64,000 nt of DNA from positions 160,001 through 224,000 of the forward strand of contig JAXGYC010000008.1 in NCBI GenBank assembly GCA_040772485.1, read 5' to 3'. The position numbers and the translations under genes were made by a program. Of the stretch, positions 8,372 to 18,315 are shown piece by piece (the first letter of the stretch is position 1; the number at the start of each line of letters is the position of its first letter). The notes below the pieces were generated by a model. It worked only from the letters and a program-made list of their open reading frames with translations, was not told the DNA's origin and did not search any database. Origin of the DNA: Sedimentisphaerales bacterium. GTDB lineage: Bacteria > Planctomycetota > Phycisphaerae > Sedimentisphaerales > Anaerobacaceae.

Positions 8372-9784
8372 TTACGGTGCAGTTGCCGCCGGCATGGTCT
8401 CCAGCCAGTTGGTGGCCAACAGACGCAGGTCCGCCACGTCAATGAGGCCGTCGCGGTCGAAATCCGCACGCCCATCATACCGGGGCTGCGATTTGGACGA
8501 TCGCCAACTGCTCGACAGAATGACATAGTCGGCAAGATCAACCATGTGGTCGCGGTTGGCGTCGCCTTCCAGAGCCGGCGACACGGCGATCGGGCCTATG
8601 CAGACAATCGCCTGCGGGACGTGCGATGCGTCGATGCTCGTGGCCGCCTGGACACTCCTTTGCTCCGCGGGACTGAGCCCAGTCCGGAAACAGCATCCCA
8701 ACCCTATCGCGCTGGCCTGCAACAGCATGTTGCCGGCTACAAAACCGACTTCCAATTGCGCGTACGGCTGCCCCACATTGGAGGAATCGAGACACAGGAC
8801 AACATAACATGGCGCTTTCGGCAGACCGCTGACAGCCGATTGTAGACGGGGCCTTGCGTCGGCAGGGTCTGGGTTCTCGCTCTCGCTGCCGGGCCGTCGT
8901 CGGGCGTCTCCGTCGGCAGGGCCTAACGGCTCCAGTCGATGGTCCCGGGTCCCCGGGTTCGTGCTCGGGTCCCTGTTCTGGTAGCGGTGCACACCGTCTT
9001 CGTTCACCAGGTAGATGCTCTGCGACAGGTAGTAGTTCGCATAGGCGGAGGGAACCGTCAGACCCGCGCGGCCGTTGCTCGTCACGTGGGCCGTGCAACC
9101 GTACCCTGCCCACAGAATCTGGGAAACCTGATGCGAGGTCAGGTCAGTCTGCATGAGACTGTCGACGTATTTCAGATCGGCCAGGACCCCTTCCAGGCTG
9201 TTGTCGCCAGTCATGGACGGGTCCGGCAGCCATCCCGGCTGTTCCGGGGCCACGGAGCAGCGTGCGGCCAGTTGCGTCGTCAGGTTGGCGACCGGCTGCA
9301 CTCCGAAGATCAGCCTCGTCGTGGGGTATCCAATGCCCTTGGGACAGCACGCCACCGGCGATTCCGTGCTGCGTGCCAGAGACACCGAGGCGAGGATCGC
9401 CGGCATGAACATGACGCCCGCATCGAACTCCAGTTGGGCGTCATAGATGATCGCAAAACCGCCGTCCGAGACGACCTCGTCCGAGTGCCAGCTCAGCGAG
9501 TGGTCGGTCGGGTCGTATCGATATGTTCCGCTCGGCGTCGCAACGAATATGTTCCGATAGGACCCGGTGACTGGGGCTCGTCCGGCCGCCCACAGGATGT
9601 TGCTCATCTGCTGGACGCTGGCCGCCGCTCTGCTCAGGGTATGCTGTGAGTACCTGCTGTTCAGGCACGTCTCTACCGGGTTTTGCGTGACGATCGGCGG
9701 CGGAAGAGCCCCGGCAAGGATACCCTGAGCCTGACAGAGCATCGGCCAGACCGCCAACGCCAGAATCGCTGCTACATCTCTCAT
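8372..9784 (-). CDS. Secreted tandem SagB/nitroreductase-like domain protein with C-terminal dockerin-like repeats
   Basis: Signal peptide, two S.ILWA segments, TVPSA, EVGFVAGNMLLQA..LG, and C-terminal GDANRDHMVDLADY / ADFDRDGLIDVADL. Confidence 0.8.
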   Translation of the reverse strand: MRDVAAILALAVWPMLCQAQGILAGALPPPIVTQNPVETCLNSRYSQHTLSRAAASVQQMSNILWAAGRAPVTGSYRNIFVATPSGTYRYDPTDHSLSWHSDEVVSDGGFAIIYDAQLEFDAGVMFMPAILASVSLARSTESPVACCPKGIGYPTTRLIFGVQPVANLTTQLAARCSVAPEQPGWLPDPSMTGDNSLEGVLADLKYVDSLMQTDLTSHQVSQILWAGYGCTAHVTSNGRAGLTVPSAYANYYLSQSIYLVNEDGVHRYQNRDPSTNPGTRDHRLEPLGPADGDARRRPGSESENPDPADARPRLQSAVSGLPKAPCYVVLCLDSSNVGQPYAQLEVGFVAGNMLLQASAIGLGCCFRTGLSPAEQRSVQAATSIDASHVPQAIVCIGPIAVSPALEGDANRDHMVDLADYVILSSSWRSSKSQPRYDGRADFDRDGLIDVADLRLLATNWLETMPAATAP

Positions 9785-9941
9785 GTCCAGTCTCCGCACA
9801 TGGAATGCTGTATACGACATCTCCTCCGAAGAACGCTACTCCCGATCCCGTACAGTGTAGCACTCGCATTGCTTGCCGCGAAAGGAAAACCGGAGACATT
9901 GGAGACCTGGCATCGCCGCCCAAGCCGGGACCAATTATCTG

Positions 9942-9971
9942 TTGCCGACGGATGGGGGGCAGACGTACAAT
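9942..9971 (+). promoter_or_regulatory. sigma70-like promoter
   Basis: TTGCCG-18nt-TACAAT upstream of the GGAGG RBS of 10016. Confidence 0.45.
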
Positions 9972-10015
9972 CAGGCATCGTGCCTGGCTGATTCACAATC
10001 TCCGGAGGTTGCACA

Positions 10016-11329
10016 ATGAAGCCAACGACATTTCATCCCACCCGACGCGGTTTCCTCAAGGCCATACTGGCGGCGAAGATCGCGCCGGCCTTCGTGCCGG
10101 CTCGCCTGCTGAGGGCGGGCCAGGCGCCGTCGAGCAGGATCACGCTCGGCGTCATCGGCGTCGGAGCTCAGGGCCTGTACGACATGCGCAACTTCCTGGG
10201 CTATGACGACGTTCGCGTGACCGCCATCTGCGACGTGAACCAGCGGAACATCGAGACGGCGCGCGGCGTCATCGCCGAGGCCTACGGCAGTCGGGAAGTG
10301 AAGGTCTTCTCCGACTTCCGCGAGATGAACGCGGACCGCTCCATCGACGCCGTGCTGATGGCTCTGCCCGTCCATTGGCACAGTATCGCCGCACAGGACA
10401 CCATCCTCCAGGGCAAGCACATCTACCACGAGAAGCCAATGGCCATGTCGTTCGAGGAGGCTCGTCGGGTGCGTGACGCGGTGCACAAGACGGGCGTCGT
10501 GTTCCAGTTCGGCACGCAGCAGCGGTCGGACCTGTACTTCCGCTGGGCGTGCGAGCTGGCTCTGAACGGACGACTGGGCAAGGTCAAGGAGATTCAGGTT
10601 TCAGTCCCCGGCGGCAAGGAAGGTCCGCCGTTCCCCGAACAACCTGTGCCGGAATACGTGGACTGGGATCGCTGGGTCGGGCCGGCTCCGATGACGGCCT
10701 TTCACGAGGACAAGCTCCAGCGCGACAACCACGAGAACATCACGAACTTCTCGCTCGGCATGATCTCCTGCTGGGGCATTCATCACCTGGACATCGCCCA
10801 GTGGGGAAACGACGCCGACCGGACCGGACCACGGTTCGTAGAAGGCGAAGGTGTCTTCCCGAGGGAAGGAGCATTCGATGCGATTCTGCGGTGGAGAGTT
10901 CGTTTCGATTACGCCGGAGCAGCGCCGATAACGTTCGTCCAGGACGGCACGGAGGGCTACGAGCATGGCATCCGCTTCGTCGGCGAATCGGGCTGGGCCC
11001 ACGTCACGCGCGGGGCGTTGAACCTCCACAATCCCGACGTCCTCCGCGATCCGCAGAACAAGTGCGGCACGATGCCGATCCGGCTTCCGGCCAGCCGCGA
11101 CCACATGCGCAACTTCGTGGACGCGATCCGTAACGGCACGCGGGCAATCTGCGATATCGACACCGCCGTGCGGTCGGACATCCTCTGCCAGATCGCGCTG
11201 ATCGCCGTCAAGCGGGCCCGTCGGCTGGAGTGGGATTCCCAGGCCGAGCGATTCGTCGATGACGATCAGGCCAACGCCATGCTGCGCAGCAGGGCCTTTC
11301 GCGGCGACTGGAGACTGAAGGAAGCCTGA
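10016..11329 (+). CDS. Tat-exported Gfo/Idh/MocA family oxidoreductase
   Basis: TRRGFL, IGVGAQG, HWH, YHEKP, GTQQRS, WGIHHLDIAQW. Confidence 0.93.
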   Translation: MKPTTFHPTRRGFLKAILAAKIAPAFVPARLLRAGQAPSSRITLGVIGVGAQGLYDMRNFLGYDDVRVTAICDVNQRNIETARGVIAEAYGSREVKVFSDFREMNADRSIDAVLMALPVHWHSIAAQDTILQGKHIYHEKPMAMSFEEARRVRDAVHKTGVVFQFGTQQRSDLYFRWACELALNGRLGKVKEIQVSVPGGKEGPPFPEQPVPEYVDWDRWVGPAPMTAFHEDKLQRDNHENITNFSLGMISCWGIHHLDIAQWGNDADRTGPRFVEGEGVFPREGAFDAILRWRVRFDYAGAAPITFVQDGTEGYEHGIRFVGESGWAHVTRGALNLHNPDVLRDPQNKCGTMPIRLPASRDHMRNFVDAIRNGTRAICDIDTAVRSDILCQIALIAVKRARRLEWDSQAERFVDDDQANAMLRSRAFRGDWRLKEA

Positions 11330-11459
11330 AGAACGAGTGGCTGAGGCCATGCCGCTTCGCTAACGCGGTCTCCTCGCTCGCGTCGGTTCTGCCGTTCGAT
11401 TGCGCTTGAGTTTCCGACGCCCGCACGGCATAATGGATGCGCTTTGGAAGGGAGTGATT

Positions 11460-12260
11460 ATGCCAGGCAACACGACCTTTCGAGAAGATCGCAGGCAGCA
11501 CGTAGGGTTCACGCTCATTGAGCTGCTGGTCGTGATCGCGATCATCGCAATCCTGATGGCGGTTCTGATGCCCGCTCTCCAGCGGGCCCGAGAGCAGGGC
11601 AAGCGAGCGGCGTGTCTCAACAACACCAAGACGCTGGCTCTGGCCTGGATCATGTACGCCGGTGAGAACGACGGCAGGATCCCGCGAGCCAACGCCACCG
11701 AAGACCCGGCGGTCAAACACTGCTGGATCCGAAAGCCGCCCGGGACGCTCCCGGTCGATGCCTCAGAGGAGGTGCAACTGGAGGCCTTGCGCAGCGGCGT
11801 GCTGTTCCGGTATGCGCCGAACCTGAAGGTCTATCGCTGTCCGGTGGCGAAAAGCGTCGAGATGAGAACGTACAGTTGCACCCACGCCATGAACGGGGCG
11901 GACATCGGCGAGAACGCACCCGTCTGCAAGAAGATCGACGAGATCAAGCGGCCCGGCACGCGTATCGTTTTCATCGACGACTACGGAGAAGACTGGGATG
12001 CGGCGTGGACCGTCCACTACAACCAGCCCCAGTGGTGGAACCCCATTCCCATGCGCCACGGCAAAGGAACAGTGGTCTCGCTTGTGGACGGACACTGCGA
12101 GTTCTATGCCTGGACCGACCCTCGCACGATCGACTGGGCTCAACTGAGCTGGCTGGAGGCGGAGACCCAGCGAGGCGGGTCCCTCACAAACCAGCCCGGA
12201 AACGAAGACCTGGAGAAGATCCAGAAAGCCTACTGGGGCAAGCTCGGCTACACCCCATAG
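11460..12260 (+). CDS. Prepilin-type N-terminal cleavage/methylation protein with H-X9-DG C-terminus (DUF1559-like)
   Basis: [17 protein letters not shown] and [14 protein letters not shown]. Upstream TTGAGT-17-CATAAT (11406-11434). Confidence 0.92.
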   Translation: MPGNTTFREDRRQHVGFTLIELLVVIAIIAILMAVLMPALQRAREQGKRAACLNNTKTLALAWIMYAGENDGRIPRANATEDPAVKHCWIRKPPGTLPVDASEEVQLEALRSGVLFRYAPNLKVYRCPVAKSVEMRTYSCTHAMNGADIGENAPVCKKIDEIKRPGTRIVFIDDYGEDWDAAWTVHYNQPQWWNPIPMRHGKGTVVSLVDGHCEFYAWTDPRTIDWAQLSWLEAETQRGGSLTNQPGNEDLEKIQKAYWGKLGYTP

Positions 12261-12273
12261 ACTTGATGCATCC

Positions 12274-14205
12274 TCACATACGCCGTTGTGTGTCGCCGGA
12301 CCCGTCCAGCGATTGCTGCGTTGTGACGGTCTTCCAGCCTCTACCGAGAATCGCGAGATCCTGCAAATCCACAGAGCCGTCCCCGTTGAGGTCCGCCTCC
12401 GAATCATTCAGGTCCATGCGCTGGAGCCAGTTCTCGCACAAGGCCGAAAGATCGCGTCGGTCCACATCCCCATCGCTGTCGAAGTCTCCCTCGATTGCAG
12501 TGCTGTGCAGAAGAACCAACTCAATGCCCCCGCCCGTTCCAAGGTTCCGTGAATACTGCTTGTCGATCTCATTGTCCCAGTGCTCGTGCACACCGAGGCT
12601 CTCCAGACGGGCCACATCGCCGGCATGGTCCGGATCGTAAAAGGTTCCCGAGCACGGGTCGTTGGCCAGTGCCGCTTCATGCAGGTAATCCTCGGCTCCT
12701 CCCTGCATATCGTATTTGGGGCTGGGCGAGTGGCCGTATCGGACCACGTCCGGCCATTCCGCGTTTACGAAGTCGTATCCCACCGAGTCGATCGCCACCG
12801 GGTCCTGAGAGGCAAGGATGCTCGATGGCCAGTCGCCGTTGAACGGCGGCAGGTTCCATTTGTACGGATGGGCTTCCCAATAGTAGCCTCCGAAGAGCCC
12901 GTCAATCAGATAGAGAACGGTCTTGCCGCCAAGCTCGGAATGCCCCATGAGATCCACAAGAGAGCGGTACCGACCCGTCCCCGGACTCCAGGGCGGACTC
13001 TGCCCGGCGTTCGGCAAGCTGTAGTGCATGTTGTAGTAGTCGTAGCGCATTCCCTGCCCGGGCAGGCCGGGAAGCTCCGGCCTGCGATACCGGTCCGGGG
13101 TTCGGATCAGCGAGCCGTAGTGGTTCTTCGCGCAGAGCGTTATGCCCGATGAATGGCCCTTCAGAATGGCGAAGTTGACGATGTAGTCCGCCTCGGCAAA
13201 TGCCGTGGGCAGGTAGTCCTGTACCTTGCCATTCCCCTCGGGCGTGCTCCAGTATAGCGGAACATCCGAGAACTCCGCCCGGGTCCGGCCGGAACCGCCA
13301 TAGTTGTCGAGGTAATGCACATCCGGAAACTCCGGATGCACCATTTCCCAGTAGTAGTTCGGCACCATTCCCGTCGGATCGCCAATGGTGATATCGCTCT
13401 GAGCGACTCCGACGGTGTACACCAGTTGGCGCAACAGCGAGAGGGTCATCTGAGGCGAGTTGTCGATCCGATTCATGACACTCAACTTCTTGTCATACGT
13501 ATATGGGTTGACGTCGCCCCCGGCGGCATTGCAGGTGGTCAGATTGATCTTGACGGCGATCTTCTCGCCAAGGCAATAACCCACGTCGCCTTTGCCCCGG
13601 CTGATGTTGAAGTGTCGGAAGATCGCCTCCCAAGCCGACGCGTCGGAGGTCCGCCCTGCCACGCCCCGAATGGCCTGCGAAACCATTCTCTCCACGACCA
13701 GCGGATCGGTGCAGCCGTCATGCCACCAGTGCTCCGGCGAATCATAGCCGTCCCAATCGGTCGCATCCGGATCATGGACCCAGACCACCCGACCGGGGTG
13801 AATTCCCTTGGCCTGCCCGATCGGCTCATGAGGTTCCCAGGGCTCGCCCGTCGCGGAAAAGCGGCCGGGAAAATCGGCGAGCGATGCCACGCCCAGGAGG
13901 GCCGCCGTGACCAGGCAGATGCTCGCGAGCGCGACCCGAGAGCCTCTCACCAGCCGCCGGATCCTGCCCGACACACTGACGGACGTCACGAGAGCGGCAA
14001 GCCAGATGACGAATCCCGACGCCAGAGGCATGGCCACGCGCTGGCAGGGATATGTCGCTCGCGAAGGTTTCGGCACCACTCGGACCAGGAACCAGATCAG
14101 GGCCGCCAGCCCGGTGATCGGGAAGGCCCATCTCGCCCAGCGATGCTTCCGCCGACGCCTCGCACGTTGGCAGCCGTCACAAGGCACTGTCTCGTTCGTT
14201 TGCAT
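12274..14205 (-). CDS. DUF362 domain protein with C-terminal dockerin-like repeats
   Basis: PKPSRATYPCQR N-terminus, GIHPGRVVW, KIAVKINL, LKGH..GITLCAKNHYG, DPVAIDSV, plus paired GDFDSDGDVD / ADLNGDGSVD. Confidence 0.85.
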   Translation of the reverse strand: MQTNETVPCDGCQRARRRRKHRWARWAFPITGLAALIWFLVRVVPKPSRATYPCQRVAMPLASGFVIWLAALVTSVSVSGRIRRLVRGSRVALASICLVTAALLGVASLADFPGRFSATGEPWEPHEPIGQAKGIHPGRVVWVHDPDATDWDGYDSPEHWWHDGCTDPLVVERMVSQAIRGVAGRTSDASAWEAIFRHFNISRGKGDVGYCLGEKIAVKINLTTCNAAGGDVNPYTYDKKLSVMNRIDNSPQMTLSLLRQLVYTVGVAQSDITIGDPTGMVPNYYWEMVHPEFPDVHYLDNYGGSGRTRAEFSDVPLYWSTPEGNGKVQDYLPTAFAEADYIVNFAILKGHSSGITLCAKNHYGSLIRTPDRYRRPELPGLPGQGMRYDYYNMHYSLPNAGQSPPWSPGTGRYRSLVDLMGHSELGGKTVLYLIDGLFGGYYWEAHPYKWNLPPFNGDWPSSILASQDPVAIDSVGYDFVNAEWPDVVRYGHSPSPKYDMQGGAEDYLHEAALANDPCSGTFYDPDHAGDVARLESLGVHEHWDNEIDKQYSRNLGTGGGIELVLLHSTAIEGDFDSDGDVDRRDLSALCENWLQRMDLNDSEADLNGDGSVDLQDLAILGRGWKTVTTQQSLDGSGDTQRRM

Positions 14206-14327
14206 CGTCCTTTCCTCCCGGAATCAGAGCCGAGCCTTGGTAGCCGATGCCACGATTATACAACAGAAGGCGTGTGAATGGTGCAACAATCGCACGAGGT
14301 GGCTCGCACGTCGGTTGGCGATATCAA

Positions 14328-16598
14328 CTATCGCCTCACCGCTCCCCCGCCGCCTCCCGGCACATTTCCGCCACCGCCGGGCGCCCCGCCGCCACCCGTA
14401 TTGGCGCCGACGTTAGTAACCATGCTGGAAATGGTGAAACTGGCGTACTTGGTGCCCGGCGTGTAGGTTCCATCCTGGTACAGACCGTCAGAAGCCGTGC
14501 CGGTGGAACTGCCCCCGTAATAGACATCATATGTGGAGCCTTTGACCAGGTCCTGCGACGAGAACGCCACGGAGTTGTACTGCTTGCCGGGCACGAAGCT
14601 GAGAATGTCTTGCCCGCTGCTGTTCTGGATATGTACCAGGGTCTGCGCCGACAGCATGGTGTTGAACGTCAGGAGGATCGAATACTGCGTCGAGGAGGTG
14701 CTGGGCGCCTGGGCCATGCCGGAATTTCCGGCCGCCAGAAGAAATCCCCCGGTCATCTGGAACGACAGATGATCCAGTGCGGCGTTCATGTTGGACGTAG
14801 GACCATGGACAATGACGACACCATCGGTCATCACCACAGCCCCGTTGGAGTCGATGCCGTCCCCCGCGGCGTCAATCACCAGATAGCCGCCGTTGACGTA
14901 GAGGTAGCAGTCGCTCGACGCCTCAGGCGTAACACCGCCTCCGCCCGGCCATCCGCCCGGCCAACCCATGGCAAACTCGTCGCCCCCGGCAGAGACGTTG
15001 ATCCCGTCATCGCTCGACACGATGCGGATGCGACCGCCATTGATGACGATGTTGGCATCGGTGCTTTCCATGCCCTCGTAAGACTTGGCGATGTGGATGT
15101 CCCCACCGTTGATGACCAGGTCGGCGTTCGCGTGAATGCCGTCGTCGCCTGCAGAAATGACAAAGACGCCTCCATTGATAGTCACGTTTCCATCCGAGTG
15201 GACAGCGTCGTCTGCAGAATCCACCGTGAGGTCTCCGCCGTCAATCACTACGCTGCCGACTCCCTTGATTCCTTTGGCGGACGTAGTCGTCGTGGTCCTG
15301 GCATTGCTGCCGCCGCCGGAGGAAAGGATGAGTTGCCCGCCCGCGATGGTGAGGTCGGCCTGGGCCGCGATCGCATCACCGGCGGCCGTGATATCGATTA
15401 CACCATCCACGATGGAGACATGCTCTGCGGCAATGATGCCGTCGTCGCTTGAGACGATCTGGATGGCCCCACCGGTGACGGTGATCGCATTGCTATCGAT
15501 TCCCTCATAACACCAGGTAACCTGAATGTCTCCCCCATTGACCTCCACGGCCGAATTGGCGTGAATGGCATCGTCAGTGGAAGAAAGGACAAACGTGCCG
15601 CCGTTGATGACCAGGCGGTCATTCGAGTGGAGGGCATCGTCCCCGGAATTGATGTTGAGATCGCCGCCGCTGACGACCACACTGATGCCGGCCGAGATTC
15701 CCTTGCCCACGGTGGCGGCGCCAGCCCTGCGGTTGGTGCCGCCGCCCGAGCGCAACGTGATCTGTCCATCGGCGATCAGGATATCGGTTTCGGCCTGAAT
15801 CGCATCCGCTCCGGAGACAGTGTTCAACGCGCCCGCCTCGATAGATACATATCCCTTGGTGTCGTCTTGCTCGTTGTCGGACTTCAGACCATCGCCTCCG
15901 GCGTTCACGAGGAGATCGCCGCCCCGGACCACCAGATAATCCTTGCCCCGGATTCCATCATCGACCGCATCGATGTCGATGGTCCCACCGGCAATGATCA
16001 AGCCGTCCTTGCTGGAAATGCCGTCGTTGACATCGCCGCAGACGCTCAGCCAGCCGGCGCCACAGATGGTCAGATCGTCCCGGCTGAAGATCACCGCATT
16101 GGGCTCCTCCGCTTGCGAACCCTCGACAGCGCCCGATCTCCCGTCTGAAAGGTAGTTCTCCGTGTCCTCGGCGAGGACCACGACGGTCTTCTTGGCTTTC
16201 TCAACCAGAATCGCAGCGCTCCAGGAACAGTGAATATCGGCTCCGTCCAGAATGAGCCTCACCGTCCCCTTGTCCGTGGAATCCACGACGATCTGGCCGT
16301 CCGCCAGAACGCCGCTGATGCTGTATGTGCCTGCCCGCGTGATCGTGAGCACGTTGCCGTCAACCGTAGCGCGGGCTCCGTCGACGGCGATGGCCGTATC
16401 GTTCAACAGGATCTCGATGACGCCGGCGCTGTCCCAGACGTAGTCCTCGGGGTCTTCGTGATCGGCGCAGTTCTCCACGGCTGGATCGGCCACGGCCGGT
16501 TCATCGCCGGACACCTGCGAGTACGATGGGACCCCCTGCAGCAGTCCCGCGATAAGAAGCACTGCGGCAACACGTCCAACAGCCTTGCCTGACAGCAT
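14328..16598 (-). CDS. Carbohydrate-binding beta-helix protein (Cthe_2159/DUF4353-like), secreted
   Basis: Signal peptide, TITRAGTYSISG, repeated DDGI/DDAIH/DGIDSNG motifs, Gly-rich tail. Confidence 0.88.
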   Translation of the reverse strand: MLSGKAVGRVAAVLLIAGLLQGVPSYSQVSGDEPAVADPAVENCADHEDPEDYVWDSAGVIEILLNDTAIAVDGARATVDGNVLTITRAGTYSISGVLADGQIVVDSTDKGTVRLILDGADIHCSWSAAILVEKAKKTVVVLAEDTENYLSDGRSGAVEGSQAEEPNAVIFSRDDLTICGAGWLSVCGDVNDGISSKDGLIIAGGTIDIDAVDDGIRGKDYLVVRGGDLLVNAGGDGLKSDNEQDDTKGYVSIEAGALNTVSGADAIQAETDILIADGQITLRSGGGTNRRAGAATVGKGISAGISVVVSGGDLNINSGDDALHSNDRLVINGGTFVLSSTDDAIHANSAVEVNGGDIQVTWCYEGIDSNAITVTGGAIQIVSSDDGIIAAEHVSIVDGVIDITAAGDAIAAQADLTIAGGQLILSSGGGSNARTTTTTSAKGIKGVGSVVIDGGDLTVDSADDAVHSDGNVTINGGVFVISAGDDGIHANADLVINGGDIHIAKSYEGMESTDANIVINGGRIRIVSSDDGINVSAGGDEFAMGWPGGWPGGGGVTPEASSDCYLYVNGGYLVIDAAGDGIDSNGAVVMTDGVVIVHGPTSNMNAALDHLSFQMTGGFLLAAGNSGMAQAPSTSSTQYSILLTFNTMLSAQTLVHIQNSSGQDILSFVPGKQYNSVAFSSQDLVKGSTYDVYYGGSSTGTASDGLYQDGTYTPGTKYASFTISSMVTNVGANTGGGGAPGGGGNVPGGGGGAVRR

Positions 16599-16879
16599 TT
16601 CGATTTCCTTTCAAGGCGACCCGGTCTGGCAACCAGGCAATAGCATCGGCGTTTTCCTCACACCACCTCAGCGTGATCCCCCATGTTCCAACATACCAAA
16701 AAGGCACAGCTCAGGGCAGACTCCTGCCCGTCGGCCGCATATATAGTGCCTCGGATTTCGGAATGGTAACACCCCAACCGGAGATTCTTCATCGCCGGTT
16801 CCTGACAGACAAGAATCAATATAAATCTTTATAGACTCAAGAGATAAAGATTGAGAACAGTGGGATTGTCCCAGCCGTC

Positions 16880-16908
16880 TTGCCGGGATATGACGCTCGG
16901 GCTACAAT
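16880..16908 (+). promoter_or_regulatory. sigma70-like promoter
   Basis: TTGCCG-17nt-TACAAT upstream of the AAGGAG RBS of 16945. Confidence 0.5.
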
Positions 16909-16944
16909 GCGGTCCATGCCCAACCCCTTTCGAAGGAGTCCGCT

Positions 16945-18294
16945 ATGAACGCCATGAACCGCGCCAAACCAACATCTCGCAGGGAATTCCTGAAACTGTC
17001 CGGCCGGATGGCTGCCTCTGCAGCCCTCGTGGCGGGAATCGGCCCTCGCATGCATGCGGCCGAGGGCGGACCGATCAAACTGGCCCTCGTCGGCTGCGGA
17101 GGCCGAGGCACCGGAGCCGTCGCCGATGCCTTTACAGCGACCGGTGGTCCGGTGAAGCTCCATGCCATGGCGGACCTGTTCGAGGATCGCCTACAGAGCA
17201 GCCTGAAGAACCTCAACGAGGCTCATGCCGACAAGATCGACGTCCCGCCCGAGCGGCGGTTCGTCGGATTCGACGCCTACAAGAAGGCCATCGACTGCCT
17301 GAGCCCCGGAGACGTGGCCATCTTGGCGACGCACGCCGCCTTTCGCCCGATGCACTTCGAATACGCGGCGAGCAAAGGGGTCAACGTCTTTGCCGAGAAA
17401 TCATTTGCGACGGATGCCCCCGCCGCACGCCGCTGGCTCAAGGCGGCGGAACTGAGCGAGAAGAAGGGCCTGAAGGTGGGCGTTGGCTTCATGTGGCGTC
17501 ATTCGCAGGCCCGGCAGGAGACGATCCGGCGGATTCACGATGGCGCCATCGGCGACGTGCACACCCTGCGGATCTATCGCGTGCATGGGCCGGTCCAATG
17601 CCCGCCATTGCCGAAGGACACCAACGAGCTGGTCTTTCAGCTTCGCTATCCGAACAGCTTCACGTGGGTTTCATCCGGTTTCTACATCGACTGGCACTGC
17701 CACAACATCGACGTGGCCTGCTGGACGAAAGGCGCCTGGCCCGTCTCCGCCCAAGGCATGGGCGGGCGCTGCTTCGAAGAGGCGGGCAGCCAGTTCGACC
17801 ACTACACCGTCGAGTACACATTCGCCGACGGCACGAAGCTGTTCACCTTCTCGCGGCACATGCACGGTTGCTGGGAGACGTACACGGACTACGCCCACGG
17901 CTCGAAGGGCTCGGCGGTGCTGATGGCCACTCTGGGCGAGCCGCGGCCGAAGATCTACAAAGGCCACCAGCAGACGCCGGAGAATCTGCTTTGGGAGTTC
18001 GCGGGCCGCGATCCCAACCCCTACGTAGTCGAGTGGCAGCGCCTGCTGGATGCGATTCGTCAGGACAAGCCACACAACGAAGCGCGCCGGGCCGGAGAAG
18101 CGGACATCGCCGCGCTGATGGGACGCATGGCCACGCATTCCGGCCAGTTCATCACCTGGGACCAGGCGATGAACTCACAGTTCCAGTTCGTCACCGACAT
18201 CGACCGCATGACCTTCGACACACCCGCTCCGATGCACGCCGGCCCCAACGGTCTCTATGCACCACCACAACCAGGGATCACGAAGGAACACTGA
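16945..18294 (+). CDS. Tat-exported Gfo/Idh/MocA family oxidoreductase
   Basis: SRREFL, VGCGGRG, FAEKS, WHCHNID. Clear paralogue of 3663-5033. Confidence 0.93.
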   Translation: MNAMNRAKPTSRREFLKLSGRMAASAALVAGIGPRMHAAEGGPIKLALVGCGGRGTGAVADAFTATGGPVKLHAMADLFEDRLQSSLKNLNEAHADKIDVPPERRFVGFDAYKKAIDCLSPGDVAILATHAAFRPMHFEYAASKGVNVFAEKSFATDAPAARRWLKAAELSEKKGLKVGVGFMWRHSQARQETIRRIHDGAIGDVHTLRIYRVHGPVQCPPLPKDTNELVFQLRYPNSFTWVSSGFYIDWHCHNIDVACWTKGAWPVSAQGMGGRCFEEAGSQFDHYTVEYTFADGTKLFTFSRHMHGCWETYTDYAHGSKGSAVLMATLGEPRPKIYKGHQQTPENLLWEFAGRDPNPYVVEWQRLLDAIRQDKPHNEARRAGEADIAALMGRMATHSGQFITWDQAMNSQFQFVTDIDRMTFDTPAPMHAGPNGLYAPPQPGITKEH

Positions 18295-18315
18295 TCTCGA
18301 CAGGAGAAGCATCAC

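Noticed and set aside
8372..9784. RiPP (azole) biosynthesis suggested by SagB-like domains
   Set aside because: No YcaO, precursor peptide or transporter nearby, and the protein appears secreted.
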